Shown: piece by piece, positions 49,455 to 57,533 of the stretch
Numbering within the stretch: position 1 is the first letter of the stretch
How the letters are laid out: every line of letters starts with the position of its first letter
Source: Catajapyx aquilonaris
Taxonomy: Eukaryota
Assembly: GCA_000934665.2 (NCBI GenBank)
Contig: KZ538641.1
Coordinates: 1 to 57,533 of the forward strand
Direction: 5' to 3'
Length of the DNA: 57,533 nucleotides
Translations under genes and position numbers: made by a program
Notes under the pieces: generated by a model
Told to the model about the DNA's origin: nothing
The model's database searches: none
What the model saw: the letters and a program-made list of their open reading frames with translations, nothing else

Positions 49455-50779
49455 ATGGCTGCAGAAGATTTAGACATCAAAGAGCATCTGGAGTCTTACG
49501 GATTCCCCGTCTTGATTCTCCTCATTGTTCTAATGTTCCTGAAAATGAACCTCAAATCTTTTCAAAACAAGTGAGTTCTAATCGTAATAGCGCATAGCCT
49601 TTGTGTAAATTAACTGTAATGATATTAGTCCTATTTTATATATAATAATAAATGTGTCTCACGTGAATGTAAAAATCTGTTAGTGCTGATTATAGAATGT
49701 CGAAAAACTGCTGCCAATGTTTCAGGATCTTTGCAGGCTTCAGCGCACGAATGGTGGAAGAATACAACAAATTAACTGACAGTTACAAGGAGGAATTATT
49801 TAAAACCTTGCACGACATGGAATCTGGAGACTGGAAGCGCAAAAATGAAGGGCAGTTGCTGATTCTGGAAATAGGAGTCGGCTCAGGCAAGTATTATTCG
49901 CATTAAGTTGTTCATTTTTAAGCCGTTTATACGCCGTTTATCAATATTATTATCTGGTAATATCAGGAGGGTTTAATCCTCGATCTCAGATAAAAAATGG
50001 GGTGAAAATATGACATCCTCAAAAATAATTCGGATTAAAAATGAAATAATCATTCACCTAACGTTTTGTAGGAAAATAATATGTAACTTATTACCTAATT
50101 TTTTCCCCCCAAACATCTCTAACCCTTACGGACATTTCTATTACATTTGCTCACTTGTGAATAACTTTTTCCCGAAACAATTTCAGGCGCCAACTTGAAA
50201 TATTATCCCAAGAACACACGCCTCATAGCAGTGGAACCGAACCCCTATTTTCCACAGCACTTTTGCAAAAATCACTCCAAATATTCGCACATAACTCTGG
50301 ACAGATTTTGCCAAGGATATGGAGAGGACATGAGTATGATTGCAGACAACAGCGTGGACGCAGTGGTCACCACTCTTGTTCTCTGCAGTGTGCGAGATAC
50401 ACGCAAGGTCTTACAGGAGATCAAGAGGATCCTAGTTCCTGTAAGGTGCAAATGTATGAATATTATTACCACCAAAAAAAATCGCACATTTTTTTTTCAT
50501 GAACAGAACGGCAAGCTTTTTTACATGGAACATGTTCACGACAGGAGAAGAACTTGGCTTCACTTTTTGCAGTCCATTTTGAGCGTCACTAGGATCTGGC
50601 CTGCCTTCAATGACGGCTGCATGCTGAACAGGAATACTGACGATTTGGTGAAAAAGGCTGGGTTTTCTCAGGTGGACCAAAGGAGGTTTACGTTGGACGT
50701 AAAGTTGACCAGCACTTACGGATTAGTTAAGACTCATGCATTTGGAACCGCCACCACATGTAAAGATCACATGCTATAA
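49455..50779 (+). CDS. METTL7: METTL7/TMT1-like methyltransferase, copy 3; exons 49455-49570, 49726-49886, 50187-50440, 50507-50779; 267 aa
   Basis: Begins MAAEDLDIKEHLESYGFPVLILLIVLMFL; motifs ILEIGVGSGANL, VEPNP, GEDM, LCSV, YMEH, NDGC. Exon lengths 116/161/254 match the paralogs. Intron 2 requires a GC donor (AG|GCAAGT at 49887). Confidence 0.88.
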
Positions 50780-51747
50780 ATCATTGCAGCTTCATTTGTA
50801 TCACTGACTTCATCCGTAATTATAACAATGAACCTGTCAACTACGATAAGAAAATATTTGTCACCATTATGATTGTCATACAGACAACATTTGAGACAAA
50901 GCACATCACACTGCGGACTGTCCACCAATGAACGTAGTCAATGTCCCTCGTCTCGCATTACAATAGGCGGATGATTATTTTATTGTTCTGATTGTCTTCA
51001 CACAACAATAAATATTACACCGAAACAATATATCCTTGCTCCATGGACAATGCCCAATGGACACCTCTGACGCAGAAAATGGCGAAGCACCAACCTGTAA
51101 CATACCGTATGACTATAGGAAAATTCAAATTATACGTCGTTACCGTCGGATATTACGGTTGGAAAAACCGGTCATAATATTATGTTTTCCTCATCATATA
51201 TCTGAAATGTCACCTATACCCGTATAGGATGTGATATTTACTGTTTCATATTTTGCGCCGATTACGACAGGGTGACAGGGTTGCAATAATTTATATTGTT
51301 TTATTGCAGGATATGTTCTGTAATTACTTGCAGTATGGGAAATGTTACTGTCTAATAAATTATTCCATACACTAACACGTACTTGGTAGTCCCTGCCTTG
51401 TTCATCGGTACATCGGGAAGAGGTAGGTTCCATCGTAAAAAAATAGCTTGTATATTTGCGAAATTCTGCAATCTCTCTCAATAATGCAGGATGCTACGCC
51501 TGGGTACTGATGTAATTAGCATTGATGAAATAGTACATTGCATTATCTAAGATTATGATAGTTGTGATAGTTTTACCACTGTTGTGGGTGATGTGGAAAA
51601 TCCTGCTGATTACACCACCTTGCACTGCAGTAATCAACAAGATTTGCAAAACAGTCATCAACAGTTTCTCTAATGAGGAAAGACGAACACTAGAGGCTAA
51701 CATTTAGTATAATATTATTGTCAGAAGTACCTGCTTGGACCTCCAGC

Positions 51748-52797
51748 ATGTGGGGGTGGGTGACGTCGTGGACCTATCATCTCGTCATATTTGGCATACT
51801 GGTAGGCCTATTTCTGAAGAGGAAGTCTCTGAAGACCGTTCAAGACAGGTAACACCGCAACTTATCATGGCAACCACTGCAGTTGCAAAGTAGGCAAACT
51901 ACCACACTTGTTATGCGTAACTGACATTAGAAATGCCAAGTGCTGTAATAACACAGTTACGATTTCATCAGATCCTTTGCTTATGTCTTCGCCACGCACA
52001 TTACTCCGGACCTCAACAGGGTGCTGCATGATTACAGAAAAAAACTCTTTAAGGTCTTGCATGGAAGTGAAAATCAAAGTAAAAATGGCGACCACTTGCG
52101 AATTCTCGAAGTTGGAGCAGGATCTGGTTAGTGCTTGCGTCTATTTATTTCCCAAAGAAGAAAGGTGCTATGCCGTGAACTCTTTCAGGATGCAACTTCC
52201 AATACTTCCCAGCTGGCAGTCGGGTCATATTAGTTGAGCCCAACCCTTACTTCAATGGCTACCTGTTGCAAAATTACGCCCGTGCAAGTCACTTGGTCAT
52301 CGAAAAGTTTCATCAAACGACAGGTGAAGACATGCGGGATGTGCCGGACAACAGCGTGGACGTGGTCGCCGTCACCAACGTCCTCTGCAGTGTGACAAAC
52401 ACTGAGCAGGTGCTACGTGAGATAAGAAGAGTGCTTGTGCCGGTAAGTCCTTCATAACAAAGCGTGCATCAATCACTCTGAAAAATGTTTCACGGTGTCA
52501 CAACATAATCTAATGTTTATTTCACAGGGTGGGAAATACCTGTTCCTGGAGCACTCGCACGACTTGCCAGGGACGTGGAGACACACTATTCAGGACTGGA
52601 TGGTAAAGACCCGAATTTGGCAAACCGTTTTCGACGGCTGTTACGTCAACAGGAACATGACCATTGCCCTAGAGAAGGCAGGGTTTTCAAAGTGCGAATA
52701 TGAGCGTTTCTGGTTGAATGTCGATCTGATTTCTTGGAAGTGGAAATTTGCTTTTTATTGCGTAGCTAGTCACTTCATGGGGTCTGCCACTAAGTAG
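51748..52797 (+). CDS. METTL7: METTL7/TMT1-like methyltransferase, copy 4 (most divergent); exons 51748-51848, 51972-52126, 52189-52442, 52528-52797; 259 aa
   Basis: Begins MWGWVTSWTYHLVIFGILVGLFLKRK; motifs LRILEVGAGSGCNF, VEPNP, GEDM, DNSVDVV, LCSV, GGKYLFLEH, FDGC. Intron phases 2/1/0 as in the paralogs and the spliced frame is intact. Confidence 0.88.
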
Positions 52798-54280
52798 AAC
52801 ATAAATAAAGATCCTGACCGTCGGGCCTTTTATTGCAGATAATGGCAAGAATTGGCAGATACTAACATGTTGGTTTGGATGGAATTTGGGTTACGAACAA
52901 TAATAATCAGTAGGCCTATAATATCATTACGCGCACATTACACAATAAGGAAGTTATGACTTCTAACCAAATGTCCAAATGTGTCAATTAATATCTTGAA
53001 TACAAAAAGCTTCACATTATTCAAAATTTCATCAGGGGCGCTTTTGAATAATTGTTCTAAATCTCAAAATCCTAACTTGCACGTGACTAGCCGGGCGTCC
53101 CCGTCGGATCCAAATACTTCCCAGGTCCATGTAGACTGTAGAAGTGATTATTGCACCCGTATCACTTTGTCAATAAATATCGTGAATAAAAAAAAAACCT
53201 CTTTTAAATTTTCAGGAATTGCGGGTAATAGTCCTTATAGAGTTATGGTTCTAGATTTCAAACTCTTATTAACTTGTAATACGAGACTATCTTGCGTCGA
53301 ATTTTATTTCTGAAAATGGGTTCAGGCATTTCGTGATCACCCGGTAACTACCATATCTTGTTCGGGATATAAATTATTGTTGAGAGAGAGCCAGGAGTTC
53401 CTGAGTTCTTATGAGAAGAAACGTAGGGATATAATATTTTCCTTCCACACATTTTTCCACCTTGAACCTTGACACGGTAGTGGGAAACAAAAAAAATTGT
53501 TTTGCACAACTATCGTGATTAGGTTACTAATATGCCAATTTTCATGTAAATAAGAAACTGGTGGTTGAATTGTCCTCGGAATTACCTAATTACAAAATTC
53601 GGAATACAGCATTGCCCTTGATAGGCGTTACGTATGAGGAATAGTTGAAAACATGTCTCCAACAGGACATATTTGACGCTATGAGTACGTATATGGTTTT
53701 ATTTGATTTCATTGGCAGAGATTATGTGCCGATGCTGCATCCAACTGAGGTGTAACTGGTGACGGGCTTATACTGCCATAATTAGCATATTTTTGTAATA
53801 ACGAGGAAACTGAACATTAAAGTGTAACGTGATGTAAAAAATTTGTTTGTAGCAATATTGCAAAATATGTATTTTTCATAAGCAAAATTAATTTCTACAG
53901 TTGATTGGCCTGTGGAGTTCTGACTTGCACTTGCTGGCATTAGCTGATGTTCTACAGTTGTGGCCGTGTTTGGCTAGTCACTGGTGCTAATAATTGCGAT
54001 TTATAATAACTTATATTGTTTACATAGATCTGCTTCGTTCACTGCTTGGGCCTTCAGAGAGTTGGAGTGGGGATTGCCAACTCGTCATAACTATATTAAA
54101 TCGCATCGCATCATGGAAGGCATATTTCCGAGGACGAATATCCTGACGACTTTTCAAGAAAGGTACAACTCATCTTCACCATTGCATGCACTGGTTAATA
54201 CCGCGATCAAATTTCCTCGGTATAATATCAGTTCTGAATTTTTGAGTAACATTCTGTGCAATTTAGAAATACTACTGGCA

Positions 54281-54282
<2 letters not shown>

Positions 54283-54369
<87 letters not shown>

Positions 54370-54373
54370 AATA
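54283..54373. repeat. (AAT)n microsatellite ending in (AAAT)n
   Basis: Read directly from the sequence. Confidence 0.97.
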
Positions 54374-55725
54374 GTGTAAACGGGCTTGAACATCGTAATT
54401 AATGAATTATTCAAAGTCCACGACCTTGTAAGTAGTCAAGTTTTAAAATTCATTTACTAATCGAAGGCAGATTCTGAATATCTGGCGCAATATGGAATTG
54501 GGGCATTTTCTCTTATCTGAATACAAGCCAATAGCAAACTTAAAAACATCCGAGTAATTTTTTTGTCGCACCTCAGCCGCTTGTTTATAATAACAGGGTG
54601 AAGAACTAATATTGATGGTTTCACTCCAGCTGCAGTACAGCAAGGCTGTCAACAGGTAATTAGTCGCACTGTTACATAATAATGCATAACATGCATGGAA
54701 TCGAAGTGTATACTGCTTTACGAATATTATGTAAAACACGTTTGGTATGCATTGTATAACTATAGCCTGCTTTATTGATTATGGTTATTGTAGATGTATA
54801 AATGTGTCATTTGTAAATGAAATTTATAATATAGGTTAGTCTGTTAAAGGGGAATATAATGTAGGTGACAGTTTATTCGCGAGAGTTGGGGGTTGGAAAC
54901 AATATTAATATTGTTACCGCGGATAATCGGGGGCCGACTGTACGCTTTTATTGCATTACTACGGAGTTCTCTTACATAAAAGAAAAACATTCCGAGGACG
55001 AAAATGTGCATTTACATAAGGATTATTTCGTTCAGGTTTTATCAATAGCCCACACTCACATGGTGTGAGATTTGCAAAAGATCTGCTGCATCCTCGGTTG
55101 ACATTAGCATTAGCTGGAATAAACTGGATGTCCGAAATCAGACTTATTAGACGGGAGATCCCATTATTATAGGGATATACTTTTATCGACGGTGTCACCG
55201 GATTACAACACTGAGAGCTCTACGCTTTTGGATCAGATATAGAGAGACACTGATCGTATTTTTGCAGGACAGTATGATTTCATAAATAACGTAGACAATA
55301 TATTGCTTATAATATTCATCCATTCCCTTATGTCAATCACATAATTATTGGTGCGCCCAGCGTCGCCTATGATTGACGTTATTATCTCCAAAAGGACGCA
55401 TTTGAAAGAATGTAAGGTAAAGTGGGGGAAGTGCACAATCGGGGGAAGTGCATCTCTGGTTGCTAGCTGGGGATGTGTGAAAGGTATTGCTGCGCCATGT
55501 GTCGTCCTACTAGTGAATACTATGGTCTTGTAATCTGGCACAAGAGGGCAGGTTTACCTGCCCTTTTTGTCCAGAAGCACATGCTGTTTCGCGAGTTCTG
55601 CACTGCCTACTCCTGATGTGAGATACCTGCCAGCAACATCTGAGCGAGTTTTTCCGGTAAGTTTCCATCACCCAGTGTCCCTACTACACAGTTGTGGTGG
55701 CGTTCAACAGTATTATATGTATGTA

Positions 55726-57533
55726 CAGTAGGGCGGCTCGAAAAACACTTTTTTTCGAAAGTTGTAGTTCGCTAGTGAAAAAAAGTTGTGTTGGGCGATC
55801 CTTTTAACAGGTAAAAAATCTGAGTCATGTGGGTTAATATCCTACGGCTCCGCCAGGGGCGTAAGTGACGCAACTTCCGGTTTTTAGTTTTTTGGTGTGC
55901 GAGTACGCTTACCCGGCCTAAACATGAAAAGTTGTGGGCCTTTGGGGGTGACATGTCGTTATTTCCGCGATATCTTGCACCGTTGACGAGATATTGACCA
56001 AAACCCCAGGTTCAAAAATTACACCGTTCTGCAAAAAAAAAACACTCTCTTTCGCTCTTTTGAAAACCTTTATGTGCTTTTTATGGATTTTGGGGGTGCT
56101 GAATCCGAATCCGGCAACAGATTTGCTCTATCACGTACAGTTTTGGAGATATATCGTTTCAAAACTTTGGACGGTTTACTATGGGTCATTCCGAATCCAG
56201 TAGGCCTAAATGTTGCTAGACCGCCTTGGATCTTGGTGAAAATAATCACAGATGTACTCATCTATTCCTTAACGCTTCCTATAAAAATTCAGCCATATTG
56301 CTCAATACTATGATGAGGGGAAAAATCGCAAACATCTGGAAATGGCTGAGAATGAGGCCTTTTTTGGAGATTTTTTTTTCGGTTAGTGCAAGTGGTCAAA
56401 CCCCAATGAACATATATATCAAAAGAAAGGGAAACACCAGGACAATGCGCCTATGGAATTAGTATTCCTCTAAAATGTAAAAATAAATTTTTATAGCATT
56501 TCACTTGCTCAGTCACATGACCAAGAATATATTGTGACCTCAACAATTATAATCGACTGTCCTTGGCCGACTCCCTCTCGTACCTTTTACACTTATACAA
56601 AAACGTATATCACTGGTTCGGGCAGTCCTGCGGGGAAAACCCTTACGCAGTCCTGGATATACACTGCGACAACTGCGAAAAACAACAATTCTTGATTTAA
56701 GTGTCGTATCTCCCAAAATTTGCGTTTTCTCAAAATAAGTACGTGATAGAGCCATTCTGACTTCAGATCTGGATTCAGCACACCTTAATCTATATAGTGC
56801 ATCTACTTTTATCCAAAGTATGATTTTTCCGCAGAACATGTTGAGGTCACAATATATTCTTGGGCATGTGACTGTGCAAGTGACAAATGAAATGCTATAA
56901 AAAATTATTGTTACATTTTAGAGGAATACTAATTCCATAAGCGCATTGTTCTGGTGTTTCCCTTTCTTTTGATATATATGTTCATTGGGGTTTGATCACT
57001 TGCACTAACCGAAAAAAAAAATCTCCAAAAAGGGCCTCATTCTCAGCCATTTCCAGATGTTTGCGATTTTCCCCCTCATCATAGTATTGAGCAATATGGC
57101 TGAATTTTTATCGGAAGCGTTAAGGAATAGATGAGTACATCTGTGATTATTTTCACCAAGATCCAAGGCGGTCTAGCAACATTTAGGCCTACTGGATTCG
57201 GAATGACCCATAGTAAACCGTCCAAAGTTTTGAAACGATATATCTCCAAAACTGTACGTGATAGAGCAAATCTGTTGCCGGATTCGGATTCAGCACCCCA
57301 AAATCCATAAAAAGCACACAAAGGTTTTCAAAAGAGCGAAAGAGAGTGTTTTTTTGCAGAACGGTGTAATTTTTGAACCTGGGGTTTTGGTCAATATCTC
57401 GTCAACGGTGCAAGATATCGCGGAAATAACGACATTTCACCCCCAAAGGCCCACAACTTTTCATGTTTAGGCCGGGTAAGCGTACTCGCACACCAAAAAA
57501 CTAAAAACCGGAAGTTGCGTCACTTACGCCCCT
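55726..57533. mobile_element. Large foldback/long-TIR non-autonomous DNA transposon, cut by the window edge
   Basis: 55855-56545 is the near-perfect reverse complement of 56839-57533 (about 690 bp visible), with spacer 56546-56838. The left end is tentatively TA|CAGT at 55726 (Tc1/mariner-like). No transposase ORF. Confidence 0.9.

Noticed and set aside
49455..50779. Copy 3 as a pseudogene because intron 2 lacks a GT donor
   Set aside because: A consensus GC donor at the homologous position restores a full frame, and no other lesions are present.
44761..52797. Horizontally acquired bacterial methyltransferase operon or restriction-modification system
   Set aside because: Each copy has three conserved spliceosomal introns and METTL7-type motifs; no DNA-methyltransferase catalytic motifs.
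53984..54414. Poly-Ile ORFs on both strands
   Set aside because: Translation of the (AAT)n microsatellite.
55994..57470. Duplicated ORFs in the foldback arms as a transposase
   Set aside because: Short (80 aa or less), no DDE or HTH motifs, and duplicated only because the arms are inverted copies.

Overview
Eukaryotic animal (bilaterian, probably arthropod) genomic DNA: short spliceosomal introns, microsatellites, and no operons or CRISPR. Six protein-coding genes are supported, all on the + strand. (1) A two-exon F-box/LRR gene at 2881-4080. (2) An intronless FoxG/sloppy-paired forkhead gene at about 10497-11597. (3-6) A tandem array of four 4-exon METTL7/TMT1-like SAM-dependent methyltransferases at 44761-52797. 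The roughly 33 kb between FoxG and the methyltransferases has no recognisable gene but many non-autonomous elements: palindromic MITEs, short Helitrons and tandem arrays. A large foldback element runs off the right edge. The most notable observations are: the F-box gene sits inside a mirror-image bracket of transposon sequence; methyltransferase copies 1 and 2 alternate between identical tracts and hypervariable patches; copy 3 needs a GC-AG intron; and there are two essentially loopless palindromes of 72 and 85 bp. All alignments and splice models were done by eye and no database search was run. I found no clearly new molecular system; the candidates below are hypotheses.
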